Shown in pieces: positions 44,575 through 55,016 of a stretch of DNA of 64,000 nucleotides. Below the pieces are notes generated by a model. That model worked only from the letters and a program-made list of their open reading frames with translations. It ran no database searches and had not been told where the DNA came from. The DNA is from Escherichia phage VpaE1_ev108. Both the position numbers and the translations under genes were made by a program. Location: sequence record LR597658; one strand, 5' to 3'. Each line of letters opens with the position of its first letter. The stretch's first letter is position 1.

Positions 44575-46552
44575 AGGTCGTAAATTGAAAGAGGCTGGTC
44601 AGTTTGTTGGTCATTGCGCATGTCCACGTTGTGGTTCATCAGATGCTGGTTCAATCTATCATCATGACGATGATTCTTATTCAATGACTTGCTTTAGTTG
44701 TAACAAAGGTTTCCCAGAGTGGGATTTTGATAAAGGACAAATCGTGAGCACTTATTCTACTGGTTCAGACAATAAAAACCGTGCTTTCCGTGGAATGGAC
44801 TTAGAAGATGTAAAAGAAAACCTAGAAGCAATGGACTTAAAAGACAGGAAGATTCCTGCAAAAGTTCTTGAGCGTTTAGGTATCAAGGTTGACATTGACA
44901 GTGATGGTGAAATTGATGCGCATTTCTACCCAACTTACAAACGCAATGAAGATGGCAAGCTAGAGCATGTTGGCTACCGTGTTCGTCACCGTTACCCAGA
45001 AGACCATCCAAAAGAGCACCTACGTGGTAAGTTAAAAGACTTTTCTGGTGGTGTTGGAGACATTAAAGGTGAGCTGGCAATGTTCGGTTCATGGATTGCT
45101 CCAGAAGGTGGTAACCGTCTATTCATCTGGGAAGGTGAGATGGAATGTGCGACAGCAATCTATATGACTTCTCTTGCGATTAAAGACAAGTCTCGTCGTA
45201 AGAATTACTGTCACGTATCTGTTCCATCAGGTGCAAACATCAAGTCTATCAAAGATAACTATCAGTACATTACATCCTTTGATGAAATTTACTTGTGCTT
45301 TGATAACGATGAAGCAGGTGCTAAAGCCACTAAAGAGGCTGCTGGTATCCTCCCTATTGAGAAGGTTCGTTTATTCCAGTACCCAGAGGGTGTAAAAGAC
45401 CTTAACGAGTGGTGGACAAAGTTCTATAAAGAGAAAGATACAGTTCTGGAAGGATTTAAGCAGCGTATCTACAATGCACCTCGTTACTGTCCTGCTGGTA
45501 TCAAGAACTTCGCAGATGGTTTTGAGGCAATGAAGAATCGTGGTCAGATTCCATTGATTCCTTTCCCAGAATCTTTCGGAGATTTGAACAGACTGACTTA
45601 TGGTGGTTACGGTTTAGGTGAGATTACAACTCTGGCAGCACCATCTTCAGTGGGTAAATCTGCATACACTCGTGAAATGATTTATACTGCTTGGAAAGAT
45701 ACCGATTACAATATTGGTGTAATTCCTGTAGAGGATACCTATGAAGAGTTGATGGAGATGCTCTGTGCAATCCACCTGAGCAAGCAGATTTCTGAGATTC
45801 CTTATGACGAACGTGATTGGGATGAATTGAAGGAAGCACACGCAGAACTATCTAAAGGTCGTCGTATCCACATCGTAGACCATCAAGGGGCAATTGACCA
45901 AGATAACTTGCTGGAGTTTGTTGACTATCTTGTTAACAGCTTGGACTGTAAGATTATTATTCTTGACCCTATTACGTTGGCTCTGTCACGTTCAGATACT
46001 GATGAAGAGGAAGTTTTATCTGAGCTATTGCGTCGTTGTAAACGCTACCAGTATGCACAGGTAAACGTCTGTCACGTTCGTAAAAGTGCAGGTGGTCAGA
46101 AGGCTAACTCCGAAGGTGGAGATATCTCTGAAGAGGATATTAAAGGCTCTGGTGCGTATTTCCAGATTTCTATGAACAACATTCTGTTAATGCGTAACAA
46201 GGTTGACCCAGACCCTGTTAAGAAAAACTTGACAAAAATCAAGTTAACTAAGTGTCGTCGTCACGGTAAGTCAACGGGTATTGCTGGTCATACTTGGTAC
46301 AATCCAGATACAGGACGTCTCATTAAAGCATCTGGTTGTGGAGTTGACATTGATGGCGCAGCAGAAAATATTCGCCAACAGTTTGGTATTGGTGAAGCTG
46401 AAGACCATTACGATGACTCTTTGCCACATTATGAGGATGAAGTGTTTGACCGTGAGACTGGTGAAGTCTATACTGAAGAGCAGCGTCAAAGCTCAACGAT
46501 TCCACCTGTATTAAGTGAGGATGCAGATGACTGCCCATTCGAAACTGAGTGA
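44561..46552 (+). CDS. DNA primase/helicase (zinc-binding primase plus DnaB-like helicase)
   Basis: 663 aa; N-terminal zinc finger CACPRCGS ... CFSC; Walker A APSSVGKS. Confidence 0.8.
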   Translation: MLMSKGRKLKEAGQFVGHCACPRCGSSDAGSIYHHDDDSYSMTCFSCNKGFPEWDFDKGQIVSTYSTGSDNKNRAFRGMDLEDVKENLEAMDLKDRKIPAKVLERLGIKVDIDSDGEIDAHFYPTYKRNEDGKLEHVGYRVRHRYPEDHPKEHLRGKLKDFSGGVGDIKGELAMFGSWIAPEGGNRLFIWEGEMECATAIYMTSLAIKDKSRRKNYCHVSVPSGANIKSIKDNYQYITSFDEIYLCFDNDEAGAKATKEAAGILPIEKVRLFQYPEGVKDLNEWWTKFYKEKDTVLEGFKQRIYNAPRYCPAGIKNFADGFEAMKNRGQIPLIPFPESFGDLNRLTYGGYGLGEITTLAAPSSVGKSAYTREMIYTAWKDTDYNIGVIPVEDTYEELMEMLCAIHLSKQISEIPYDERDWDELKEAHAELSKGRRIHIVDHQGAIDQDNLLEFVDYLVNSLDCKIIILDPITLALSRSDTDEEEVLSELLRRCKRYQYAQVNVCHVRKSAGGQKANSEGGDISEEDIKGSGAYFQISMNNILLMRNKVDPDPVKKNLTKIKLTKCRRHGKSTGIAGHTWYNPDTGRLIKASGCGVDIDGAAENIRQQFGIGEAEDHYDDSLPHYEDEVFDRETGEVYTEEQRQSSTIPPVLSEDADDCPFETE

Positions 46553-46622
46553 TAGTTATAAAAGAGAGGGGTTCACACCCTTCTTTGAAGAAAAAAGTTT
46601 AAATAAATTTCAGGAAGAGTGT

Positions 46623-46651
46623 TTGACAAAGATTGATAGGTTCTATAGAAT
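46623..46651 (+). promoter_or_regulatory. sigma70-like promoter TTGACA-17-TAGAAT
   Basis: TTGACA 46623-46628, 17-nt spacer, TAGAAT 46646-46651. Confidence 0.6.
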
Positions 46652-46802
46652 GCTCTACATGAAATGTGATGGAGGTGTTGAGGTAGAAGAAAAGTTCCAT
46701 CACAGTATTATCACAGTCACTATTACTATACCTGAACATAATATTGGTTGGCTGTTTATAATGAAAGAAAATGTGTTTGAATATCAAGTATATCGGAGAA
46801 TA

Positions 46803-46952
46803 TCATGAAACACTCTAAAGCATTTGAAAAAGTTTTTGGGGATTCCTTAAAAGCCACTGCTGGAAAACCAGCAAAATACTATGAAGAAAAACGTGTAAGA
46901 ACTGGAAAAACTGCACGTAAAGCAGCTTCTAAAGATAAGCACAACTTCCAGT
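46803..46952 (+). CDS. small Lys-rich basic protein (49 aa), absent from ORF track
   Basis: ATG 46803 after RBS ggagaatatc; MKHSKAFEKVFGDSLKATAGKPAKYYEEKRVRTGKTARKAASKDKHNFQ; below the 60-aa cutoff. Confidence 0.5.
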
Positions 46953-46959
46953 AATTAAT

Positions 46960-46988
46960 GTTTGACAATAGAGTATCAACAAATTAGA
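46960..46988 (+). promoter_or_regulatory. sigma70-like promoter TTGACA-17-TAGAAT
   Basis: TTGACA 46960-46965, 17-nt spacer, TAGAAT 46983-46988; upstream of 47027..47884. Confidence 0.6.
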
Positions 46989-47026
46989 ATTGGTACTCTT
47001 CATAAATTGAGATAGAGGTTTAAATA

Positions 47027-47884
47027 ATGTCTAAAGTTGTTAAAATGAAAGCTCCGGTAGAGAAGTACAATGGTACTGAACGTCAAACTCTGCGTTACCT
47101 TCTGAAAGATGTTTGGTTTTATTACCTGAACACTTCACCACGTCCGGGAAAAGGTAAATCCATTGATAAGAAATTCCCAGGCAAAGACTGCAACTACAGT
47201 GTTTCAATTCTGGCAGAAGATGGTAACAAGCTGTTTAAAGAGTTTACTAAGTCTAAGAAAAACCCAGAAGGTTGGGATAAAGTTACTACTGAAGCAGTTG
47301 ATGCAGATGACTTCGAAGAGAAGTTTGGTTGCAAACCACCATTTGAAGCAGACACTTACTACATCTTGAAAGTAAGTCGTGCAGCAGCTTATAAAGATGG
47401 TGCTGTGTGGACAGCTAAACAGTCATTCCCTGTAATGCTGATTGAAGAAGTAAATGGTAAGCGTGTAGCTGTTAAACAGCCGATGAAGAAAATCAAAGCT
47501 CAAGCATCTGATAAACATGAAGATGACAAGAACTATGATGTAATTCATCCAGATATTGCAGTTGGTAACGGTTCTTTTGGTAGTGTGATTCTTTCTACTC
47601 ACTTCTACACTTTTGAGAACAATGTTCTGACAAAACCTATTCAGGAACAGTTTATCATTGATACTCTTGTACCTTACACTGGTGGTAACGGTGCTAACGG
47701 TGAACCTGAACTGGATGAAGACGAACTGGCTATGCTTGGTCTTGATGGTGTCGAAGATAACGGTGAAATCACTGAAGAAGACGCAACAGACCACAAACCT
47801 TCGAACGATTCTGATGATGGCGATGACGAAGACTTGCCAGACCCAGATGACGAAGAAGATGAAGACTTCGATACAGAAGATTAA
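47027..47884 (+). CDS. putative single-stranded DNA-binding protein with acidic C-terminal tail
   Basis: 285 aa; C-terminus DDGDDEDLPDPDDEEDEDFDTED; sits between primase-helicase and RNase H-like gene. Confidence 0.45.
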   Translation: MSKVVKMKAPVEKYNGTERQTLRYLLKDVWFYYLNTSPRPGKGKSIDKKFPGKDCNYSVSILAEDGNKLFKEFTKSKKNPEGWDKVTTEAVDADDFEEKFGCKPPFEADTYYILKVSRAAAYKDGAVWTAKQSFPVMLIEEVNGKRVAVKQPMKKIKAQASDKHEDDKNYDVIHPDIAVGNGSFGSVILSTHFYTFENNVLTKPIQEQFIIDTLVPYTGGNGANGEPELDEDELAMLGLDGVEDNGEITEEDATDHKPSNDSDDGDDEDLPDPDDEEDEDFDTED

Positions 47885-47901
47885 TCTCTAAAAGTTACTT
47901 T

Positions 47902-47930
47902 AAAGCCCTGTACTTAGTATGGGGCTTTTT
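47902..47930 (+). terminator. rho-independent terminator
   Basis: aaagccc-loop-ggggcttt followed by ttt. Confidence 0.6.
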
Positions 47931-47946
47931 CATATGGAGAGCCATA

Positions 47947-48987
47947 ATGGAGAAGTACACATTAACAAAACTTCCCGATTCAGTTACACATGTTTTTATT
48001 GACTCTGACAGTATTGCCTATAAAGGTGCTTGTGTAGTTGAGAAAGCAAAATATAAATACGTCAATAAACTCACAGCAGAAGAATCTGAGCCATTTGATA
48101 ATGCGAAAGATGCTGCAAGATGGTTAGCAGACCAGAGAATCCTTGTGGAAGAGCTTGGCCTGACATTTGATGAAGATGAATGGGAAAGACAGACTTGGAA
48201 AGAAGCTAAGAGTGAAAAAGAAGCTATCATGGCTACTCAACAGGTTCTTCAGGAATGGCTTAAGGTGGTTGGTAAAGAGAGAACTTGGGTAGGTTATTTA
48301 ACAGAGAAAGGTGTACATAAACATAAAGACATTAAAGGTCTTGAGCACCAATATCAAGGTAACCGTAAAGATGCTGTCACACCAACGCACTTAGTTGCTT
48401 GTCGTGAGTATCTTCTGTCAAGACCAGAGTTCAAACTCTTAAGGGGAGGCTTCGAAGCCGATTCAATCGTAATTGCTAAAGCTGAAAAGATGGGTAAGAA
48501 AGCTGCTCTTATGAGTATTGACAAAGACCTTCGACAAGCTGAAGGGACTTATTGTATTGATATGACTTATGAAAAATCACCACTAATTTTTATTGCTGAC
48601 AATAATGTTGGTGATATCTGGGATTGTCCTATCAAATCAAAACCAAAAGCTGCAAAAACAGTTGGTGTAGGTTTTAAATTCTTGTGTTATCAGGCTGTTG
48701 CTGGAGATAATGCAGACAACTACTTCGGCCTAAAAGGTGCTGGTAAAGTAGCTGTGATGAATGCTTTAGAGGGTAAAGAGACCTACAAAGAGTGTCTTGA
48801 TGCTATCTATGAACTTTATGCTAAAAAAGACTCTTATACCTATGTGTCATGGGATGGACAGACTATTACAAAGACACCATTAGAGTTAATGGAACAGCAT
48901 TTTTTCCTAGCTTATCAAGAGAGAAATCCAAAAGATAATTTCTCTTTTAAGAAATATAATTGGGAGCCGTGTATGAATGAAGATTAA
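47947..48987 (+). CDS. 5'-3' exonuclease / RNase H (FEN family, T4 RNase H-like)
   Basis: 346 aa; motifs HVFIDSDSIAY, FEADSIVIAKAEKMGKK, AALMSIDKDLRQ in T4 RNase H order. Confidence 0.6.
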   Translation: MEKYTLTKLPDSVTHVFIDSDSIAYKGACVVEKAKYKYVNKLTAEESEPFDNAKDAARWLADQRILVEELGLTFDEDEWERQTWKEAKSEKEAIMATQQVLQEWLKVVGKERTWVGYLTEKGVHKHKDIKGLEHQYQGNRKDAVTPTHLVACREYLLSRPEFKLLRGGFEADSIVIAKAEKMGKKAALMSIDKDLRQAEGTYCIDMTYEKSPLIFIADNNVGDIWDCPIKSKPKAAKTVGVGFKFLCYQAVAGDNADNYFGLKGAGKVAVMNALEGKETYKECLDAIYELYAKKDSYTYVSWDGQTITKTPLELMEQHFFLAYQERNPKDNFSFKKYNWEPCMNED

Positions 48988-49474
48988 AGGATTTGGCAAT
49001 TGCCCTACCTATGGTCATTGGGTATCTTTATGCGGGGAAGTTGACCCCACTAAACATTTTGGTTTTGTCTATTTAGTACACTGTAAGAAAACCGGACAAT
49101 ATTATATAGGAAAGAAACAGTTTAATAGCGTGACAAAAAGAAAAGTTGCTGGGAAGACTCGTAAGAAGGTAGTCACTAAGGAAAGTGATTGGATGACTTA
49201 CGAGACTTCTTCTGAGTATATCAAAAAAGATATTGAAAGCTTTGGAAAAGAATCTTTTGACTTTTATATTATTCAAACCTACTACACAAAAGGTGGCCTA
49301 GTCTATGGTGAAGCAAACCTTCAACATAAATTCGATGTAATGACAAAAAGGATTGACTCGAAGCTCAGACTCTTCTACAATGCCAATATCGCAGCAATTA
49401 AGTTTATTACTAAAGAAACTTATGAAGATGCTGAAAAAAGAATCCATAAGGTAATGAAAGCAAACTGTGCTTGA
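48977..49474 (+). CDS. GIY-YIG domain endonuclease-like protein
   Basis: 165 aa; N-terminal FGFVYLVHCKKTGQYYIGKK (GIY-YIG-like). Confidence 0.55.
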   Translation: MKIKGFGNCPTYGHWVSLCGEVDPTKHFGFVYLVHCKKTGQYYIGKKQFNSVTKRKVAGKTRKKVVTKESDWMTYETSSEYIKKDIESFGKESFDFYIIQTYYTKGGLVYGEANLQHKFDVMTKRIDSKLRLFYNANIAAIKFITKETYEDAEKRIHKVMKANCA

Positions 49475-49480
49475 TAACTA

Positions 49481-49744
49481 TTGAGAGAGAATAAAATGTT
49501 TAACAAAAGCAAAGCTGTGAGTCATGTAGCAAAAGTTGACAGCAAGATTGAAGAACTTGAGCGCATTCTTGCAAATGCTAGAGAATCAATAATTAAAGAA
49601 GTTGAAGCTGTTGAATCACAAATGCAGCACCTAATGCTTAAACGCCAAGAGCTACGTGAGCATCTAGAATATATTGAAACACGAGAGCTAAAGGTTAACA
49701 GATATTTTAAGGAGTCCAAATGTTTAACTCAAGAGAATCAGTAA
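49481..49744 (+). CDS. hypothetical coiled-coil protein
   Basis: 87-aa ORF. Confidence 0.5.
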   Translation: MRENKMFNKSKAVSHVAKVDSKIEELERILANARESIIKEVEAVESQMQHLMLKRQELREHLEYIETRELKVNRYFKESKCLTQENQ

Positions 49745-50475
49745 AAAACTGGAATCTTCGTTGTGGAAAAACTCAAAAACAACCTTACAGTAATGAGTAT
49801 TGGGAATCTTTGAAATCTCAATCTCTGTGTATGCTTGAAGAAGCAAAAGAGCTTGTAAAAGCAATTGAAGAGAAAGACCCCATTGAGACACTGGATGCTC
49901 AGGCAGATTTACAATATGTTCTTGACGGTTTGATTTACCTGTCACAACATGACCATAACGGTGCTATGGAAGCTGTTTGCCATAATAATGACCTGAAGTA
50001 CACAGATGACTATGAAGAAGCTTTAAAACGTCTTGCAGACATTGAAAAGCGTACTGGTCAAGAGTGTGTTATCAGAATGTCAGTAGTTGATGGTAAAGAG
50101 TGGTATGCGATTGTCCGTGCAGCCGATGGGAAGATTATGAAGCAATCAAATCTCCCTAAAGTACAGCTTGGTGAATACATTGTAGAACTTGAAAGCCAAG
50201 AACTTTTTGTGGTAGTATCTGAGACATGCGTTATCTGCAAAGGTATTGTAGGTAGCTTAAAGGATTTGGGTGTAGATGGTTTTGTAGAAGTTAATCCAAT
50301 TACCTCTAAAGCAGATAAAGATTTCTGTAAAGAGAATGGACTATGGATTGCAGATATTATCTACTATGATGGTGAGCAGTTCCATGTAACCTCATACCCG
50401 AAACTGAATTATGATGCTAATAACCTGAAGTGTTGGTTAAAAGGGGTTGGTTATAATGGATTCACAGAACATTAA
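49720..50475 (+). CDS. hypothetical protein
   Basis: 251-aa ORF. Confidence 0.6.
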   Translation: MFNSRESVKNWNLRCGKTQKQPYSNEYWESLKSQSLCMLEEAKELVKAIEEKDPIETLDAQADLQYVLDGLIYLSQHDHNGAMEAVCHNNDLKYTDDYEEALKRLADIEKRTGQECVIRMSVVDGKEWYAIVRAADGKIMKQSNLPKVQLGEYIVELESQELFVVVSETCVICKGIVGSLKDLGVDGFVEVNPITSKADKDFCKENGLWIADIIYYDGEQFHVTSYPKLNYDANNLKCWLKGVGYNGFTEH

Positions 50476-50779
50476 TAAAGAGGGTGTGGCTCAGAAGAGC
50501 CACTTCTCAAACTACAATATTTCTATGACGGTGTTTATGAATGACCCGTTACTAGAAAAGTATGGTGAGACTCCAGATACACTTCTGGACAATGAACAAG
50601 TTTTAAAAGCAGTCCTGTACAAATATGGGATTGATATTGAGAAAGAATATTCTTTTGAAATCTGCCAACACAGGAATACTTTCGGTAAAGTTGTGATGGC
50701 TCCGCTCTTTATGGGTGTAGAAAGGACTGACTACGGTTGGTTATATCTAAAAAGAAACTTGGAGAAATACCGTGTCTAA
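50447..50779 (+). CDS. hypothetical protein
   Basis: 110-aa ORF. Confidence 0.5.
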   Translation: MVIMDSQNINKEGVAQKSHFSNYNISMTVFMNDPLLEKYGETPDTLLDNEQVLKAVLYKYGIDIEKEYSFEICQHRNTFGKVVMAPLFMGVERTDYGWLYLKRNLEKYRV

Positions 50780-51110
50780 AGCAAAAAAGCTATCTTATGA
50801 TGACATTATCTCAGGTGCTAAGTTAGGTGTTGACAGCATCGGACAAGACGTTAAGCACGGAGACACAGTTATGTACTGTGATGACCGAAGAGGGAGAAGT
50901 GCAATCTTGTTTGGAAGAATTGTTTGCAAGATGCGAGGTAATTACGTTGTTGCAGACATGGATGTGAACGTTACACAAAAACTTGAAAAAATTATGGATG
51001 ATAATACATCATCATGGTTCTCCCTTAACTGTATGCACGCATCGTCAATCACAAAAGTAAGTGATAAGTTTTACGATATGTGGCAGAATGAGCAAATTTT
51101 CAAGATTTAA
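50772..51110 (+). CDS. hypothetical protein
   Basis: 112-aa ORF. Confidence 0.55.
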   Translation: MSKAKKLSYDDIISGAKLGVDSIGQDVKHGDTVMYCDDRRGRSAILFGRIVCKMRGNYVVADMDVNVTQKLEKIMDDNTSSWFSLNCMHASSITKVSDKFYDMWQNEQIFKI

Positions 51111-51114
51111 ACTA

Positions 51115-51138
51115 GGGAGCCTCTTCGGAGGCTCTTTT
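51115..51138 (+). terminator. rho-independent terminator (UUCG tetraloop)
   Basis: gggagcctc-ttcg-gaggctc followed by tttt. Confidence 0.7.
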
Positions 51139-51156
51139 CATCTGTAGGATTCAAAA

Positions 51157-53391
51157 ATGATTAAGACAATTAAAAAATCAAACGGTACAGTAGTAAGCTT
51201 TGACCCAGAAAGATTGAATAAATGGGCATCATGGGCAGATAAGCGTGGAATTATCTGGTCAGAAGTCACTATGGAAGCCATGAAGCGTGTCTATGAAGGT
51301 TGCACTACAAAAGAGATGCACCAAGCCATGATTGATGTTTGTGTTGATAAACAAACTCAAGAGTACTCAGACATGGCTGGACGACTGCTTTTGGGTATTA
51401 TCTACAAAGAAGCCTTTGGAGGCTTTACTAAGGTTCCTACGCTGATTACCTTCGTTAAAAATATGGAGAGAGCAGGACTTTGGGAGAAGATGGACTATTC
51501 ACAGGAAGAGCTTGAATACCTGCAAGGTTACATCGTGCACTCAAAAGATATCTCTTACGGCTATGCAGTATTGAAACAGTTCAGAGACAAGTATGGTATC
51601 CGTGATATTAAAACGGGAAGACTGTTTGAGTCACCACAATTTATGTTTATGGGTATGGCTATGAAAGCCTTTGAGAAGCAACCAAAGCACCGTAGACTGC
51701 AAGATGTTATTAAGCTGTACACTTACCTATCTGACCTGAAGATTAACGCTCCTACACCTTATCTGAATGGTTTAAGAGCTACTAAATCAGGTTATGCGTC
51801 ATGCTGTTTGATTAAGGCAAATGATACTGCTGAATCACTTGGTATTGCTGCAAAGGTTGCTTATGATATGACTACAAAGCAAGCTGGTATTGGTATGCTG
51901 ATGGAGACTCGCACTATTGGTGATGGTATCCGTCAAAATACTATTGAGCACATGGGTAAGCTACCTTATTACAAGCTTGTACGTTCATCTGTAGAGGCAA
52001 ATAAACAGAAGAGCCGTGGTGGTTCAGCTAATAACTTCTACACTGCTCTAGACCCGCAGATTGAAGATTTACTGCGTTTGAAGCACCCTACAACGGTTCC
52101 TTCTAAACGCATTAACGAGATGGACTACTCATTCGGCACAAACGATTATTTCTGGCAGTGTGTTCAGTATGATACAGATTGGTTGCTATTCTCTTACAAA
52201 GATGCACCAAAACTCTATGACATGTTCTACACAGCATCTGCTGATGAGTTTGCTATGGCAGTTGGTCATGCAGCACATTCAGGTGTTAAGCACAGACGAG
52301 TCAAGGCTCGTGAAATTGCTAAGCTGTTTATTCAACAGCGTTATGCTACAGGTCGTGTGTATCCATTCTTCACTAACAACGCAAACACACATACACCATT
52401 TAAAGAGCCTTTGAAGATGTCAAATCTTTGTATGGAAATTGTGTTGCCAGTGTATGGTTTTGAGAAAGAGACAGACCTTTACAGAGACGATGCTGTGAAA
52501 GAGGATGGTGAGGTGGCTCTTTGCTTCCTAGCTAGTTTGGTTGCAGGGAGAATTTCAGAAGATGAATACGCTGACGTTGCTTATTATGCTCTTGCAATGG
52601 TTGACTCCGTTATTGACCTTATGGATTATCCGTATCCGTCGATGCGCAACCATGTTCAGAAGCGTCGTTCTGTTGGGATTGGCCTTACAAATGTGGCTCA
52701 TTACCTTGCGAAGAACTACGTGAACTACTCTTCACGAGCAGGTAAAACGAAACTTCATGAACTGGCAGAGATGCACTCTTACTATCTGCATGAAGCCTCT
52801 CTGAGACTTGCTAAAGAGCGTGGCGTTCCAGAGTACATGAAGTTCACTAAGTATCCTGAAGGCTGGGTTCCTCCAAAGACAGCTAACAAGAAGATTGATG
52901 ATAAGCATGATGCAAAACTAAGATATGATTGGGATGACTTAGCACAACGTATCAAAGAAAACGGTGGCATCCGAAACTCTGTACTTGAGGCTTATATGCC
53001 TAATGAGAGTTCTTCACTGGCAACTAATACGACAAATGGCTTGTACCCAATTCGTGACTTTATTTTAACTAAAAAGTCTGCAACTGGTAACGTGCTGTTT
53101 ATTGTTCCAGATTATGAAGAGTTGAAGTATGTATATGAAATTGCTTGGGGTATTGACACCTTTGACCTGATTGATTGTTATGCAATTGTTCAAAAGTTCA
53201 CTGGTCAAACTATCTCTTCAGATTTCTATGTTGACTACGCAAAAGCTAAGAAGGTATCATTGGCTCAAGCTTTGAAGTACATGATTTATGCCAACTCGGT
53301 AGGTATGAAAACCATGTACTACCTTAACAGTCGCATTGGTGTAGGTAAATCTGCACTGCAAGATGCTTATTGCGAGGGTTGTGGTGTTTAG
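51157..53391 (+). CDS. nrdA: ribonucleotide reductase class Ia large subunit
   Basis: 744 aa; N-terminal ATP-cone-like region; upstream of nrdB. Confidence 0.85.
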   Translation: MIKTIKKSNGTVVSFDPERLNKWASWADKRGIIWSEVTMEAMKRVYEGCTTKEMHQAMIDVCVDKQTQEYSDMAGRLLLGIIYKEAFGGFTKVPTLITFVKNMERAGLWEKMDYSQEELEYLQGYIVHSKDISYGYAVLKQFRDKYGIRDIKTGRLFESPQFMFMGMAMKAFEKQPKHRRLQDVIKLYTYLSDLKINAPTPYLNGLRATKSGYASCCLIKANDTAESLGIAAKVAYDMTTKQAGIGMLMETRTIGDGIRQNTIEHMGKLPYYKLVRSSVEANKQKSRGGSANNFYTALDPQIEDLLRLKHPTTVPSKRINEMDYSFGTNDYFWQCVQYDTDWLLFSYKDAPKLYDMFYTASADEFAMAVGHAAHSGVKHRRVKAREIAKLFIQQRYATGRVYPFFTNNANTHTPFKEPLKMSNLCMEIVLPVYGFEKETDLYRDDAVKEDGEVALCFLASLVAGRISEDEYADVAYYALAMVDSVIDLMDYPYPSMRNHVQKRRSVGIGLTNVAHYLAKNYVNYSSRAGKTKLHELAEMHSYYLHEASLRLAKERGVPEYMKFTKYPEGWVPPKTANKKIDDKHDAKLRYDWDDLAQRIKENGGIRNSVLEAYMPNESSSLATNTTNGLYPIRDFILTKKSATGNVLFIVPDYEELKYVYEIAWGIDTFDLIDCYAIVQKFTGQTISSDFYVDYAKAKKVSLAQALKYMIYANSVGMKTMYYLNSRIGVGKSALQDAYCEGCGV

Positions 53392-53446
53392 TTTTAATAA
53401 CTATGAGGGTCGTAAAAGACCCTCTAAAAATAACTTTGGAGAGACC

Positions 53447-53704
53447 ATGAAAGATTTAATAGAAAAACATGAGCGACCAATATACTTGCTCTACAAACCC
53501 CGCAAAACATTGTACTATGTGAGCAGCACAGGTATCATGATAAAGCAGAATGATGACTTATGGGTCACTGGAGCCTCTTACATCTCTACAGCAGACGGTA
53601 AAATCTACGCAAGACCTTATGAGATGTTCAACAAAGAAAATTGGGAAGTTTTAGACAGAAAACAAGCCTTAGAAATGATAAAGAAAGGAGAAATCACGCT
53701 ATGA
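53447..53704 (+). CDS. hypothetical small protein between nrdA and nrdB
   Basis: track ORF 53363..53704 overlaps nrdA; in-frame ATG 53447 after RBS ggagag gives 85 aa. Confidence 0.45.
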   Translation: MKDLIEKHERPIYLLYKPRKTLYYVSSTGIMIKQNDDLWVTGASYISTADGKIYARPYEMFNKENWEVLDRKQALEMIKKGEITL

Positions 53705-54774
53705 TTAACCAGCACCCAATCTTTTTAGGTGGTGAGAGAAAAACTTTTGACTCACTTAATAAACACTACCCAAAAATCTTTGAACTTTATAAACAACAAA
53801 AAGCACAAGACTGGTCAGAAGATGAGTTCCCTTTTGAACAATCACGTCTTGATTTTGAGAGTGTCCCAGCATCAATGTCAGGTGTAATGCTTGAGATTCT
53901 TAAGTGGCAGTGGGAAGCAGATACTCAAGTTGCTAAGAGCTTGGCATTTGCCTTTGCACCATTTATCTCTGATGACATCTATGCAACTGCAATTATGAAG
54001 CAGTCTGAGATTGAAAACCTACATGCCCTTACTTACTCAGAGATTGTAAGGCAATGTATTAAAAACCCTGAAACAATCTTAGATGAGATTAACCAGAATG
54101 TTGCTGTGCAAGACCGATTAAAAACTGTGAATCGTGTTCTTGAAGAATTACTGGATGAAGGTATAAACTATCGTCTGAGTTATGTGCGTGATTCACTTCT
54201 GGACAAAGACCCTTTACACTTCCATAAAGTGATTCTGAAAGGGCTGTTTGCAGTGACTGCACTTGAAGGTATATCTTTTATGGCATCCTTTGCATGTACT
54301 TTTGCACTTGATGCTCAAGATAAATTTCAGGGTATTGCCCAAGCTGTGCAGAAGATTATGCTTGATGAAATCCTTCACACTAAAATTGATATTGAAGTTT
54401 TAAAAGAAACTTTAAGAGATGATGAGTGGCAGAAAGCTTTTCAACAAATTCTTCCAGAGATTAAAGTAATCTTAGATGAAGTAGTTGAAAGTGAAGAGAA
54501 ATGGTCGTATTATATCTTCTCCGAAGGACGTGCTGTAGTTGGCCTAAATACAAAGCTTCTTCATGAGTGGGTTTACTATAATGCTGCCCCACTGTATGAT
54601 ATGTTTGGCATTCCCAGAGATTTTGTAGCTCCTAAAGAACCACCTTTGAAGTATATGATTAAGAAGATGGAAATTGATAAAGAGCAGAATGCTAATCAGG
54701 AGCAACAGAACGGTGCGTACTTATTGAATACTGTTGTAGATGATTTGAATAGTGGATTTTTAGAGGTTCCTTAA
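53701..54774 (+). CDS. nrdB: ribonucleotide reductase class Ia small subunit
   Basis: 357 aa from ATG 53701 (MINQHPIFL); track start 53641 overlaps upstream ORF. Confidence 0.8.
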   Translation: MINQHPIFLGGERKTFDSLNKHYPKIFELYKQQKAQDWSEDEFPFEQSRLDFESVPASMSGVMLEILKWQWEADTQVAKSLAFAFAPFISDDIYATAIMKQSEIENLHALTYSEIVRQCIKNPETILDEINQNVAVQDRLKTVNRVLEELLDEGINYRLSYVRDSLLDKDPLHFHKVILKGLFAVTALEGISFMASFACTFALDAQDKFQGIAQAVQKIMLDEILHTKIDIEVLKETLRDDEWQKAFQQILPEIKVILDEVVESEEKWSYYIFSEGRAVVGLNTKLLHEWVYYNAAPLYDMFGIPRDFVAPKEPPLKYMIKKMEIDKEQNANQEQQNGAYLLNTVVDDLNSGFLEVP

Positions 54775-55016
54775 TGACTTATGTAATTTACTCCAAAACT
54801 GGATGCCCTCAGTGTGAGACTGCAAAGAATTTTGCAAAAGCTCGTGGTATTGACCATGTTGTGAGAATGTTAGGGCAGGGTTATGAACTGTCAGACCTGA
54901 TGGATATTGCACAGATGCCAGTTCGTCAGATGCCATTCATCATGAAAACTGATGGGCAAAACCTAAAACCTGTTGGTACGCTACAGAATTTTATGGCAGA
55001 GGTGAATAATGCTTAA
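54774..55016 (+). CDS. glutaredoxin-like protein (NrdH-like)
   Basis: 80 aa; CPQC active-site motif near N-terminus. Confidence 0.7.
   Translation: MTYVIYSKTGCPQCETAKNFAKARGIDHVVRMLGQGYELSDLMDIAQMPVRQMPFIMKTDGQNLKPVGTLQNFMAEVNNA

Noticed and set aside
46515-46808. 97-aa ORF overlapping the primase-helicase 3' end and a promoter
   Set aside because: No RBS, overlaps the upstream gene and spans a consensus promoter; the downstream 49-aa ORF with its own RBS is preferred.
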